Position numbers and translations under genes: made by a program
The notes under the pieces: model-generated
The model's database searches: none
What the model was told of the DNA's origin: nothing
What the model saw: the letters and a program-made list of their open reading frames with translations, nothing else
Assembly: GCA_030390025.1 (NCBI GenBank)
Contig: CM059432.1
Location: 102,736,001-102,800,000, forward strand
DNA: 64,000 bases
Direction of reading: 5' to 3'
Source of the DNA: Squalus acanthias
Taxonomy: Eukaryota
Part shown: positions 10,604-22,977 of the stretch, in pieces
How the letters are laid out: each line of letters opens with the position of its first letter
Position numbering within the stretch: position 1 is the stretch's first letter

Positions 10604-11527
10604 TGTAGGGTGTGGTTGTGGTAGGAGTCAGCCTTTCCCCTGACTCAGTGAGTGGTTCGAATCGCTCCCACACCCCAGGTTCAAAACTTGGACTTATTTA
10701 GGGGTTGTGAATAAAGATGCAGTAGACCACAGGTTCCAATGAAAGAACTATAACTTTTATTAAAATTAAAAGGTAACAAACTGAAACACACTTCACACTT
10801 AAACAAGTTTGGGGAACACACGGTTACAGGCGAGGAAAATTGACAGTATACAAGAAAAAAACAAAACCTTTATCCCTCCCAAAAATCCCACTTCTAGCTA
10901 GGTTTCGGTTTCAGGAGATCAGGGATAATGCTCACCAGACAGGGGTATTAACAGTACGAAATCCAGCCAGGTAAGTCGATGGTGATTCTGGTCATCGAGT
11001 GTCTTCCTTTACCATGTGGCTTCTGGGCAGTGCTGCGAGAGAGCCTTGTCCCAGCGTAGTCGGCGAGTCAAAAGAGAGAGAGCTCTTGGCTCCTGCTATA
11101 GATATAGTCCTTTTTCACCTCCCCCCCCCCGCCCCCCACAAAACTCCTCACGAAAAACTGGTTTCGTAATGCAATGAGTTTTCAGGTGAGGCCTGTTCAT
11201 TGTCTTTGTTAAAATTTTGATGGGCCTTCAACTATGCTAAACGAAATCAATGGCTTACATCCTGTTGTGCTGTTGTTCCGTGGAAGCTTGCATTGTTCTC
11301 CTGCTTTGGGTTCCTTGCTGGGCCTAGCATTCCTATGGGCTCTGTGTTTTGGGTGGGGCGGCCTTCTCCCAGGGCCTATTGTCCAAATGTTAATGTTTGC
11401 TGGGCTTTGAATTCCCAGACCATCCATGTGCCGTACATGTTCAGACAGGTTTCCTTTAAAGTTCCAAAGTCCTTATTTTTTCCTTTCGATATATTTTTGG
11501 GGATCTGCAAATTTTGGAAATCTTACA
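10604..11527 (-). repeat. 5' LTR (924 bp)
   Basis: TG...CA ends. On the minus strand: TATA-like tatatctata at ~11100, splice donor CTG|GTGAGC at 10935, and AATAAA at ~10757-10762. Confidence 0.95.
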
Positions 11528-11846
11528 GTGATCCCATGCACCTGCTGCCCTTGTCCTTCTAAGTCATAGAGGTCGCAGGGTTGGGAGGTGCTGTCAAAGA
11601 AGCCTTGGAGAGTTGCTGCAGTGCACCTTGTAGATGGTACACACTGCAGACATGGTGCACCGGTGGTGGAGGGAGTAAATGTTTAATGTGGTGGATGGGG
11701 TGGTCAAGCGGACTGCTTTGTCTTGGATGGTGTCAAGCTTCTTGAGTGTTGTTGGAGCTGCACTCATCCAGGCAAGTAGAGAGTATTCCATCACACTCCT
11801 GACTTTGTGCTTTGTAGAAGGTGAAAAGGTTTTGGGGAGTCAGGAG

Positions 11847-12048
11847 AAACATTCCCTCGAAGCTGCGCTCGTCATCCAGGGAGCTTTATGTTTGAATGCC
11901 CCATCTTTCCTCCTTGTGGAAATATGCTTGGTTTGTACCCAGGCAGCCCGGGACCGACTTTTCAAATTTGAAGTTTCGCACAGCACGAAATTTGGATGGG
12001 CCATTAAAGGGACCGTGCACCCTCAAAAAAACTATGAGAACATTGGTA
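11847..12048. other. 202-bp composite filler insertion within the LINE
   Basis: Flanked by an aggag duplication. Contains ~70 bp matching internal CR1 ORF2 (compare 688-756) joined to unrelated sequence. Confidence 0.65.
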
Positions 12049-13769
12049 AGGAGGTGAGACACTCGCCAAAGAATACCCAGCCTCTGACCTGCTCTTGTAG
12101 CCACAGTATTTATGTGGCTGTTCCATTTAAGTTTCTGGTCAATGGTCACACCCAGGATGTTGATGCTGGGGGATTTGACGGTGTTAATGCCGTTGAATGT
12201 CAAGGGGAGGTGGTTAAACTTCTCTTGTGAGAAATAGTCATTGCCTGGCACTTGTGTGGCACGAATATTACTTGCCACTTATCAGCCCAAGCCTGAATAT
12301 TGTCAGGTTTTGCTGTATGCTGGCACGGACTGCTTCATTATCTAAGGAGTTGAAAATGCAGCAGGACACTGTGCAATCATCAGCGAACATCCCCACTTCT
12401 GACCTTATGATGGAGGGAAGGTCATTGATGAAGCAGCTGAAGATGGTTGTGCCTACGACACTACCCTGCAGTGATGTCCTGGGGCTGAGATGATTGGCCT
12501 CCAACAACCACAACCATCTTCCTTTGTGCTAGGTATGACTCTAGCCAGTGGAGTGTTTTCCCCCAATTCCCATTGACTTCAATTTTACTAATGCTCCTTG
12601 ATACCACACTTGGTCAAATGCTGCTTTGATGTCAAGGACATTCACTGTCACCTCATCTCAGAAATTCAGCACTTTCGTCCATGATTGGACCAAGGCTGCA
12701 ATGAGATCTTGAGCCAAATGGCCCTGATGGAACCAAAACTGAGCATCAGTGAGCAGGTTATTGGTGAGTAAGTGCCGCTTGATTGCACTGTCGACGACAC
12801 CTTCCATCACTTTGCTGATGATTGAGAGTAGACTGATGAGGCGGTAATTGGCCGGATAGGATTTATCCTGCTTTTGTGGACAGGAGTTACCTGGGCAATT
12901 TTAGACATTGTCAGACAGATGCCAGTGTTCCAGCTGTACTGTAACAGCTTGGCTAGAGGTGCGTCTAGTTCTGGAGCACAAGTCTTCAGCACTACAGCGG
13001 GGGTGTTCTGGGTCCTATAGCCTTTTCTGTATCCAGTGTGCTCAGCCATTTCTTGATATCACTTGGAGTGAATTGAATTGGCTGAAGACTGGCTTCTGTG
13101 ATGGTGGGGCCGGGATAGATCATCCACTCGACACTCCTGGCTGAAGATGGTTGCAAATGCTTCAGCCTTGTCTTTTGTACTCATATGCTGGTCTCTGCCA
13201 TCATTGAGGATGGGGATGTTCACGGAGCCTCCTCCTCCCGTTAGTTGTGTAATTGTCCACCACCATTCACGACTGGACGTGGAAGGACTGCAGAGCTTTG
13301 ATCTGATCCGTTGGTTGTGGGATCGCTTAGCCCTGTCTATAGCATGCTGCTTCTGCTGTTTAGCATGCATGTAGTCCTGTGTTGTAGCTTCACCAGGTTG
13401 GCACCTCATTTTCAGGTACGCCTGGTGCTGCTCCTGGCATGCACTTGTACACTCCTCATTGAACCAGGGTTGGTCCCCTGGCTTAATGGTAATGGTACAG
13501 TGAGGAATATGCCGGGCCATATTGTTATAGATTGTGATGGAATACAATTCTGCTGCTGATGATGACCCACAGCGCCTCATGGATGCCCAATTTTGAACTG
13601 CTAGATCTGTTCTGAATCTATCCCATTTAGCACGATGATAGTGCCACACCACATGCTGGAGGATTTTTTCAGTGTGAAGACGGGACTTCATCTCCACAAG
13701 GACTGTGCAGTGATCACTCCTACCGATACTGTCATAGACAGATGCATCTCATAGAGTCATAGAGTCATA

Positions 13770-14060
13770 GGGCTGGATTTTGTCTTGGGGTCGGGTTGGG
13801 GTCGTGTCATCTGCATTTCGTGTTCCCCCCGACTCCAGATTAATGTGGATGAATGATGCAATTTTCACTTAATTGGGCAATTGAGTTCTAGCATGTGGGA
13901 ACCCATGAACTAATTAGTGGTTTCAGTCTGAAAGTCGCCTCTGATGATGTCATCATTGCTGCTGCATTGCAGGTTAGAGACTGCCTGCTGGTCTCAGAGA
14001 CTGACTGGATGTTGGAGAGAGAGGACCTGCTGGCCTTTGCTGTGAGTGGACCTGGATGCA

Positions 14061-14098
<38 letters not shown>

Positions 14099-14537
14099 TT
14101 TTTGCATCCAAGTCCTCTCACAGCAAAGGCCATGCAGTCAAGATATTAAATGCAACTTTCAGACCTAATACTACTACTACCTTCATCACATCTCCGCTGT
14201 AATAGTGGACCTGCAGCTGATAGTCAGCTATCCACTTGTGCTCCCGCAAGGTTTCACTGGAGTGTTTCACATCAGGCGTACTTCACGTGGGAAAAGGGTT
14301 AAACTAGCTAAAACATTTCAAAATGGCATTACAGAGCCAATTTAGGGCTTGTTAAGGGCTTTAATGGCCTCTCCCGCCTCTTGGAGGCGGGACGGAATCG
14401 GGAACTCCGCGACTGATTTTGTCAAAATTGCGTGGAAGTGGGATGGAGTCGGGATGGGGTCGGGACCCCCGACCCCGCAAATTTTACCCCCCACACGTCT
14501 CCAAACCTGACTCCACGGGTCATTCAAAATCCAGCCC
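13770..14537. mobile_element. Harbinger-type MITE in the CR1 tail
   Basis: Perfect 13-bp terminal inverted repeat (TIR) GGGCTGGATTTTG/CAAAATCCAGCCC and 3-bp TSD ATA. Confidence 0.85.
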
Positions 14538-14808
14538 ATAGAGTTATACAGCACAGAAAGAGGCCCTTCGGCCCATCGTGTCCACGCTGGCCATCAAGCC
14601 CTGTCTATTCTAGTCCCATTTTCCAGCACTTGGTCCGTAGCCTTGTATGCTATGGCGTTTCAAGTGCTCATCTAAATGCTTCTTGAATGTTGTGAGGGTT
14701 CCTGCCTCTACCACCCTTTCAGGCAGTGAGTTCCAGATTCCAACCACCCTCTGGGTGAAAAAGTTTTTCCTCAAATCCCCTCTAAACCTCCTGCCCCTTA
14801 CCTTGAAA

Positions 14809-17422
14809 CTATGTCCCCCTGGTTATTGACCCCTCTACTAAGGGGAAAAGTTCCTTTCTATCTACCCTATCTATGCCCCTCATAATTTTGTACACCTCAA
14901 TCAGGTCCCCCCTCAGCCTTCTCTGCTCTAAGGAAAACAACCCCAGCCTGTCCAGTCTCTCTTCATAGCTGAAGCACTGCAGCCCAGGTAACATCCTGGT
15001 GAATCTCCTCTGAACCCTCTCCAATGCAATCACATCCTTCCTATAGTGTGGCGACCAGAACTGCACACAGTATTCCAGCTGTGGCCTAACTAGCGTTTTG
15101 TACAGCTCCATCATAACCTCCCTGCTCTTATATTCTATGCCTCGGCTAATGAAGGCAAGTATCCCATATGCCTTTTTAACCACCTTATCTACCTGTCCTG
15201 CTGCCTTCAGGGATCTATGTACATGCACACCAAGGTCCCTCTGATCCTCTGTCCTTCTTAAGGTCCTACCATTCATTGTGTATTCCCTTGCCTTGATAGT
15301 CCTCCCAAAATGCATCACCTCACACTTTTCAGGGTTAAATTCCATTTGCCACTGTTCTGCCCATCGAACCAACCCGTCTATATCGTCCTGTAGCCTGAGG
15401 CTTCCCTCCTCACTATTTACCACCCCACCAATTTTCGTGTCATCTGCGAACTTACTGATCATACCTCCTACATTCATAACTAAATCATTAATGTACACTA
15501 CAAACAGCAAAGGACCCAGCACCGATCCCTGCGGTACACCACTGGACACAGGCTTCCATTCACAAAAACAACCTTCGACCATCACCCTCTGCCTCCTGCC
15601 ACTAAGCCAATTTTGGATCCAATGTGCCAAGTTGCCCTGGATCCCATGGGCTTTTACCTTCTTGACCAGTCTCCCATGCGGGACTTTGTCAAAAGCCTTA
15701 CTGAAGTCCATGTAGACCACATCAACTGCACTACCCTCATCCACACACCTAGTCACGCCCTCGAAAAATTCAATCAAATTGGTCAGACATGATCTCCCCC
15801 TCACAAAGCCATGCTGACTATCCTTGATTAATCCTTGCCTCTCCAAGTGGAGACTAATTCTGTCCCTCAGAATGTTTTCCAATAATTTCCCTACCACTGA
15901 TGTTAGGCTCACTGGCCTGTAATTCCCTGGTTTATCCCTACTACACTTCTTGAATAATGGTACTACGTTAGCTGTTCTCCAGTCCTCTGGCACCTCCCCT
16001 GTGGCCAGAGAGGTTCTGAAAATTTGTGTCAGAGCCCCTGCAATCTCCTCCCTTGCCTCACACAGTAGCCTGGGATACATCTCGTCTGGGCCTGGGGATT
16101 TATCCACTTTTAAGCCAGCTAAAACCGCTAGTACCTCCTCCCTCTCAATACTAATTTGTTCAAGTATATCACAATCCCCTGCCTGATTTCTATGCCTAAA
16201 TCGTCCTTCTCCATAGTGAACACAGCTGCAAAATATTCATTTAAAACCTCACTACAACTTCTGACTCGACACACAGATTGCCACTTTGGTCCCTAATGGG
16301 CCCTACTCTTTCCCTGGTTATCCTCTTGCCCTTAATATACTTATAAAACACCTTGGGATTTTCCTTTATTTTGCCCGCCAGTGTTTTTTCATGCCCCCTC
16401 TTCGCTCTCCTAATTTCTTTTTTAAGTACCCCCCTGCACTTTCTATACTCCTCAAGGGCTTCCACTGTTTTTAGTGCTTTGTATCTGCCAAAAGCCTTCC
16501 TTTTTTTCCGAATCCATTCTCGTATATCCCTTGACATCCAGGGTTCCCTGGGCTTGTTGGTCCCACCCTTGACCTTTACGGGAACATGTTGCTGTTGTAC
16601 TCTCTCTATTTCCTTTCTGAAAGACTCCCACTGCTCTGATGTGGATTTTCCTACAAGTAGCTGATCCCAGTCCACTTTGGCCAGATCCTGCCTTATCATA
16701 ATAAAATCAGCTTCCCCCAATTTAGAACCTTTATTTCCGGTCCATCTTTGTCCTTTTCCATGACTACCTTAAATCTCACCGAATTATGGTCACGATCACC
16801 AAAATGCTCTCCTACTAACACTTCTACCACTTGTCCAGCTACATTCCCTTGAATTAGGTCCAGTACCGCCCCCTCTCTTGTAGGACTTTCTACATGCTGG
16901 CTCAAAAAGCTCTCCTGGATGCACTTTAAGAATTCCGCACCCTCTAAGCCTTTCACACTCTGACTATCCCAGTTAATATTGGATAAGTTGAAATCCCCTA
17001 CTATTATTACCCTATTATTTCTACACTTCTCTGAGATTTGCCTACATATCTGTTCCTCTATCTCCCCCTGACTGTTTGGGGGGCCTATAGTACACTCCCA
17101 GCAAAGTGTTTGCCCCCTTTTTGTTTTTAAGTTCTACCCATATGGCCTCATTAGAGGAACCTGCTAAGATATCATCCCTCCTTACAGCAGTAATTGACTC
17201 CTTGATTAATATTGCGACACCCCCTCCTCTTTTACACCCCCCTCTGTCTCGCCTGAAGATTCTATACCCCGGAATATTGAGCTGCCAGTCCTTCCCCTCC
17301 CTCAACCATGTCTCTGTGATAGCAACAATATCATACTCCCATGTGTTCATCAATACCTTCAATTCATCTGCCTTACTCGCAAGACTCCTTGCATTAAAAT
17401 AAATGCCATCCAGCCTTGCCAT
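14809..17422 (-). pseudogene. CR1 ORF2 (APE endonuclease + RT), frameshifted
   Basis: YFNARSL, AITETWL, GVYYRPP; RT motifs GVPQGSVLGP and KFADDTK. Confidence 0.93.
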
Positions 17423-17546
17423 ACTCCCTTGTGCCGTTACATATTTGCCCTGCCTTCCAGGCTGACTTGTTTTTTCCTCTATATTTGGCTGTGCATCACC
17501 CCCTACTATAGCTCCACTCCGTATCCCATCCCCCTGCCTAGTTAGT

Positions 17547-18490
17547 TTAAACCCCCCCCAACAGTACTAGCAAACCTCCCAGAAGGATGTTGGTACCATT
17601 TCGGTTCAGGTACAACCCGTCCGACTTGTACAGGTCCCACCTTCCCCAGAAGCAGACCCAATGATCCAGGAAACTAAAGCCCTCCCTCATGCACCAACTC
17701 TTTAGCCATGCATTCATCTGCTCTATCCTCCTATTCCTATACTCACTAGCACGTGGCACCAGGAGTAATCCAGAGAGTACAACCTTTGAGGTTCTGCTTT
17801 TTAATCTGCTACCTAGCTCCCTAAATTCTTGTTGCAGGACCTCATCCCTCTTTCTACCCATGTCGTTGGTACCATTGTGAACCACGACCTCTGACTGTTC
17901 GCCCTCCCCCTTCAGAATGCCCTGCAGCCGTTCAGTGACATCCTTGACCCTGGCACCAGGGAGGCAACATACCATCCTGGAGTCACGTCTGCGGCCACAG
18001 AAACGTCTATCTGTTTCCCTTACGATAGAATCCCCTATCACTATTGCTCTCCCAATCTTTTTCCTCCCCTCCTGTGCAGCTGAGCCACTTGTAGTGCCAC
18101 GGACTTGGCTCTTGCTGCATTCCCCTGAGAAACCATCTCCCCCATCAGTATCCAAAATGGAAAATCTGTCGGAGAGGGAGATGGACCCAAGAGACTCCTG
18201 CACTACCTTCCTAGTTCTTTTACTCTGTCTGGCGGTCACCCATTCCCTGCCTGCCTGTGCAATCTTTACCTGAGGTGTGACCACCTTGTTAACGTGCTAT
18301 CCACGAAGATCTCAGCTTTGCGGATGCTCCACAGTGACTCCAGCCGCAGCTCCAGCTCTGAAACGCAGATTTCGAGTAGCTGCAGCTGGAGACACTTCCT
18401 GCACATGTGTTCGCCCTGGACACCTAAAGTGTCCCTGACTTCCCATATAGCACAGGGGGAGCACTCCACGCTGCCGAGCTGCCCTGCCAT
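17547..18490 (-). pseudogene. CR1 ORF1 (zinc finger/leucine zipper + SGNH esterase-like domain), frameshifted
   Basis: CSPC..CRKC plus a leucine zipper; VIGDSIVR, CLPGARV and HNGTND motifs. Confidence 0.88.
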
Positions 18491-18707
18491 ATCCTACCCT
18501 TAATTTACTCCCTTTAAATTAAAGAATATTAAATGCACTAAGGACCTTACTTCCCTTTAAACACTACTTACTCTAAACTAGAGACCTTACTTTTACTTTA
18601 ATGACTGGAATGTAGAAATACTCACTGCTGGTTCTCTGTCCCCTCTTGTGCAGCTTTTTAGCTCCTGCTCTCCTGGAAGCTGACAAAGATGGAAAAAGAA
18701 TGTCTGT

Positions 18708-18880
18708 CACCCACCCACCCACTCACTCACTCACTCACTCACTCACTCACTCACTCACTCACTCACTCACTCACTCACTCACTCACTCACTCACTCACTC
18801 ACTCACTCACTCACTCACTCACTCACTCACTCACTCACCCACCCACTCACCCACTCACCCACTCACCCACTCACTCACCA
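18708..18880 (+). repeat. (CACT)n microsatellite in the CR1 5' UTR
   Basis: Directly visible tetranucleotide tandem array. Confidence 0.95.
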
Positions 18881-20019
18881 AACTCGCAGCTTAAAACTCT
18901 GTTCCAATCTGCACTCTATGACAAACTGCACTCAAGCCTTCCTTATTTATACTGCTGAGATTTAAATAAGTGAGCTCTCTGGCAGTTACAGAACCAGATT
19001 AGACCACTTAATTAATTAATTACTCTCACCTGCTCTCCTGCACAGAGCTTGCTTAGCCCTGCCCAAGCCTGGAAGAAACTTAAAACTTGAAACAGTAAAT
19101 TTAAATGCTAATTGCAAGCACACAAGACTAGAATTTATAAAATTAAGAGATTAACCTTTAAGATTCACTCCCTCACTCACCAAACTCACAGCTTAACACT
19201 CTGTTCCAATCTGCAACAGGTAAATTGGTGAGGACGAGAAGTAGGATTATCCCTCATGTTGGTTCTCTCACCACCTGCCGCAGGCCCAGTCTGGCAGCTA
19301 TGACCTCAGGACTCGGCCAGCTCGGTCAGTATTGGTGCTACCGAGCCATTCTTAGTGATGGATGTTGCAGTCCCCCACCCAGAGTACATTCTGTGCCCTT
19401 GCTGCCCTCAGTGCTTCTTCCAAGTGATGTTCAACATGGAAGACTACTGATTCATTAGTTGAGGGAGGGCGGTTGGTGGTAATCAGCAGGAAGTTTCCTT
19501 TCCCATGTTTGACCTGATGCCATGAGACATCATGGGGTCAAGAGTCAATGTTGCGAATTCCCAGGGCCACTCCCTCACGACTCTATACCACTGTGCCACC
19601 ACCTCTGATGGGTTTGTCTTTCCCGTGGGACAGGACATACCCAGGAATGGTGATGGAGGAGTCTGGGACATTGGTTGAAATGCATGATTCTGTGAGTGTG
19701 AATATGTCAGGCTGTTGCTTGACTAGTCTGTGGGACAGCTTTCCCAATTTTGGCACAAGCCCCCAGATGTTAGTGAGGAGGACTTTACAGGGTCAACGAG
19801 GCTGGGTGTGCCTTTGTCATGTCCGATTCCGGCGCCTTGGTCGATGCTGGGTGGTCCGTCCTGTTTTATTCTTATTATTGTTTTTCATAGCGGTTTGATA
19901 CAACTGAGTGGCTTGCTGGGCCATTTCAGAGGGCAGTTAAGAGTTAACAACATTGCTCTGGAATCATATACAGGCCAGACCAGGTAAGGACAGCAGATTT
20001 CCTTCCCAAAAGGACATTA

Positions 20020-20740
20020 ATGAGATGGTTTCGGCAAGAGCAGAGGGACCTGGGGGTGCATATTCACAAATCCTTGAACGTGACAGGGCAAGTTGATAAG
20101 GCAGTTAAGAAAGTGTATGGGATATTTATAAATAGGGGCATTGAATACAAAAACAAGGAAGTCATGCTAAACCTTTACAAATCACTGGTTCGGCCTCAGC
20201 TGGAGTATTGTGTACAATTCTGGGCAGCACACTTTAGGAAGGTTGTCAAGGTCCTGGAGAGGGTACATAGTTTTACAAGGATGATAACAGGGATGAGGGG
20301 CCTTCAGTTATGTGGAGAGATTGGAGAAGCTGGGATTGTCCTCCTTAGAGCAGAGATGTTTAAGTAGCGACCTAATAGAGGTATTCAAAATTATGAGGGG
20401 TTTTGATAGTCAATAGGGAGAAACTGTTTCCTCTGGCAAGTGGGTAGGTAATCAGAGATCATAGATTTAAAATTATTGGCAAAAGAACTAGAGGGGAAAT
20501 GAGGAGAAATTTCTTCACACAGAGGGTTATTAAAATCTGGAACACACTATCTGAAAGTGTGGTGGAAGCAGATTCCATAGGAACTTTCAAATACAATTGG
20601 ACATGTAGCTGAAGAGGACTAATTTGCAGGGTTGGAGAAAGCAGGGGTGAGGGACTACATTGGACAGCTCTTTCAAAGAGCCGGCACAGGCCCAGTGACT
20701 GAATGGTCTCCTCCTGTGCTGTAATGTTCTATGATTCTAC
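20020..20740 (+). mobile_element. 3' end of the outermost CR1 (continuation of 1-2232)
   Basis: EQRDLGVHIHKSL...LVRPQLEYCVQFW, followed by the CR1 3' UTR and ttctatgattcta tail. Confidence 0.85.
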
Positions 20741-21068
20741 CTGTATTTGTAGGGAGGACCCGTCTGTTCCAGTTGCAGGGCAGATGGAAGGAGAGCCTAT
20801 AACCAGCAGGATGTAGTGGAATTAGGTATTTTTGCTGTCCTCAATTATTTCTAGAAGCTTAAAATTTCAGATGAAGTAATTTTCTCCAGTTTTCAGAGTA
20901 CAAATTGCCTACTAATTTTGCTTTTTGAAAATGTTAATGTTGAAAGCAAGAAATGTTTGTGTCAAATCATAAAACAGCTCTTTGCCACATACAGAAAAGT
21001 TTGAGTCACTAAATTCACCAACTGACTTACAAAGAGTGACTGCGCGGGAGTGTCTTCTAAAAGAGAGA

Positions 21069-21749
21069 GGGGGAGAAATTGGCCTCCTTTGCGCCTCCCG
21101 TTAGTGCCTCCAGGGGGCAATAACGGGGCGCAAATGGGTTTGCGAGCGGGCGCGGCGAGTTCAGTGATGCCTGCGAAATTTCCTGTCGTTTTTGCGCTGG
21201 CGCCACAGGTGATTGTGATGTCATCCGGTGCGTAGCGCCCCGTTATCGCCCAGGATCTGAAATTCACTTCCGCCCCCTGCAGCATCGCCAGGCGTCAACA
21301 ATGGTAGCTGCAGAAGGCGTTGTCACCGCGGGTGTCTGCTTGGGGAGCGGTAATTAAAGGCAGTGGTGGTCAGATAGGCCAAAATTTTATTATCACCCCA
21401 GTGTGCTGTTTTCCATCCCGCGATTAATCAGCCCTGCACTCTCTTACAGTGCTTGGGGGTGCTCCTCTCGTGAATCGCAGGTGCCGTTGCCGACTGTTCC
21501 CAGCCTTACCTCAGCTTTGGCCCTTCCTTTTAAGGGAGGGAAGGAGCCTGAAAATCCTGCAGTGCTGCACGGGACACTGTACAGCGCTCTGCCGCTACCG
21601 CCCCTCTTGCTCCATTTAGAGCTAGCACTTCCCTCCTAGAGCGCTAAACCGGAAGTTCGCATTGAATTCAATTGTGTAGCGCCCAGCGATACTTTAGCGC
21701 TCCTGCAAAAGTTATCGCCCCAAACGGGGCGCTATGCAATTTCTAGCCT
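21069..21749. mobile_element. Harbinger-type MITE with GC-rich subterminal palindromes
   Basis: Ends GGGGGAGAAATT...AATTTCTAGCC. Subterminal gcgcctcccgttag and cgccccaaacggggcg are shared with the element at 44236. Confidence 0.7.
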
Positions 21750-22977
21750 TAGAATGTTTTCCAGCACGCCATGCATTCGGGGTAGAGAGATCTGCCATTA
21801 ACCCCCAGAATTGTCGAACGGATCCTATTAAGATCAGGGCCGAGTAGAACCGCGCTTGGAGCAGGGAATGCAGGGTAGGGTCCGTAATAAATGAAATAAA
21901 CAGAAACCGGAGATTCTGGGTCCCCGGCAACGCATGGGACACATGTGCTAGAATTCCACGTCAAAAGTCTAAACTGCAGACCCCCACCCTCCCACTCGCA
22001 CTTCAGTAAACTTAAGAGGCTTTTTAATTGAAATAGTTTCAATTATTTTTTTATTTTACTTGGAAGTTTTCCATCGATAAATTGAATTAATTATTACTGA
22101 GTTCCCTGACTGCAGTTTAGGCGCAAATACAAAATACTTTTCTTCCAGTTGCTGGAAGCAGTGCCCAGGAGATCAATACTCTATTCCTGGAAACTCCCGG
22201 ACAATCCAGGAGGGTTGGCAATCCTGACACACACACACTGGAAGAAGAATCGTGGGAAATTAAACGCCATTTCACACTCCATTTCAATGAAAAGTGACAG
22301 GGGAAAATGAATTCAGGAGGGCGAAAAAAAGTCCATCAGTGGTTTCCAACCACTTAATTCCCAAAATGACCTAATCGTTTCCTCACAAGTGGGCCACAGA
22401 TTTAGGAAAATATTCAATGAAGGGGGAGAGTCAAATGGAAAAGGGAATTGATTGGAATAGAAAAGTTAGTACAAGTGCTTACCTAAAACGGCTCCTGTTT
22501 GGGAACTTTACCTCCTACTGTGCTCATACAGGATCCAGCGCAGCCTACCTTGCTAACAGAAACCCACCACCGCCCCATGCCCACTGGCCTCCTCATCGAG
22601 CCCGTAAATGCTCCGCTTCCTCTCATTGGTGCACCGGCGCTGCCCATTAACTCTACTCCCCTATTTTCTACCGGGTTGCTCGCAACAGTGCCCAGGAGAC
22701 TACCCGACTATCCAGGAGGGTTGGCAACCCGAAGCAGGAGCGGTCGATAGGAGTCCTACTAGTTGCAGGTGTTCGGTCCTTCTGGCTACTGCAGCAGTAC
22801 ACCAGCTCAAAGGCCCTGATATCATCCTGCAGGGGGAGTCAAGAAAAACCTACCTTGGTTTCTTCTTTTCTCTTTGGTGTGTTCTCAGGATCCCTGCAGA
22901 CCTTCCAGTCCATGGGAGTGCCAGCATTAGCCCCAATGTTTGGTTTCTTAAAACTCTCCATTAATTGCAAGTGTTAA

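Larger units (their letters stand above)
2494..11527 (-). mobile_element. Non-autonomous endogenous retrovirus-like LTR element (gag + Gag-derived extension + env, no pol)
   Basis: Two ~924-bp LTRs (TGTAGGG...CTTACA on +), 4-bp TSD GTGA at 2490-2493 and 11528-11531, PBS, gag with CCHC knuckle, and env with furin site and TM. No protease, RT, RNase H or integrase motifs between the LTRs. Confidence 0.92.
13750..19212 (-). mobile_element. Near full-length CR1 LINE
   Basis: 5' UTR, ORF1, ORF2 and an octamer tail (catagagt)n at ~13750-13769 continuing at 14538. Confidence 0.93.
2240..20019 (-). mobile_element. Second CR1-clade LINE family (Zenon/T1-like RT C-terminus), split into 2240-2493, 11528-13749 and ~19213-20019 by later insertions
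   Basis: Motifs MEYSLLAWMSAAPTTLKKLDTIQDKA, FADDCT and KPGDQPWFNEEC. The sequence is continuous across both insertion sites (ggtggtga|tcccatgc; gatgcatct|gcaacagg). Poly-T tail at the left end. Confidence 0.85.

Noticed and set aside
15278..15715. Plus-strand ORFs antisense to the CR1 RT (also 53031-53330, 60335-60616 and others)
   Set aside because: These are antisense shadows of LINE ORF2.
18646..18958. His/Ser/Leu/Thr-repeat ORFs
   Set aside because: These are translations of the (CACT)n microsatellite.
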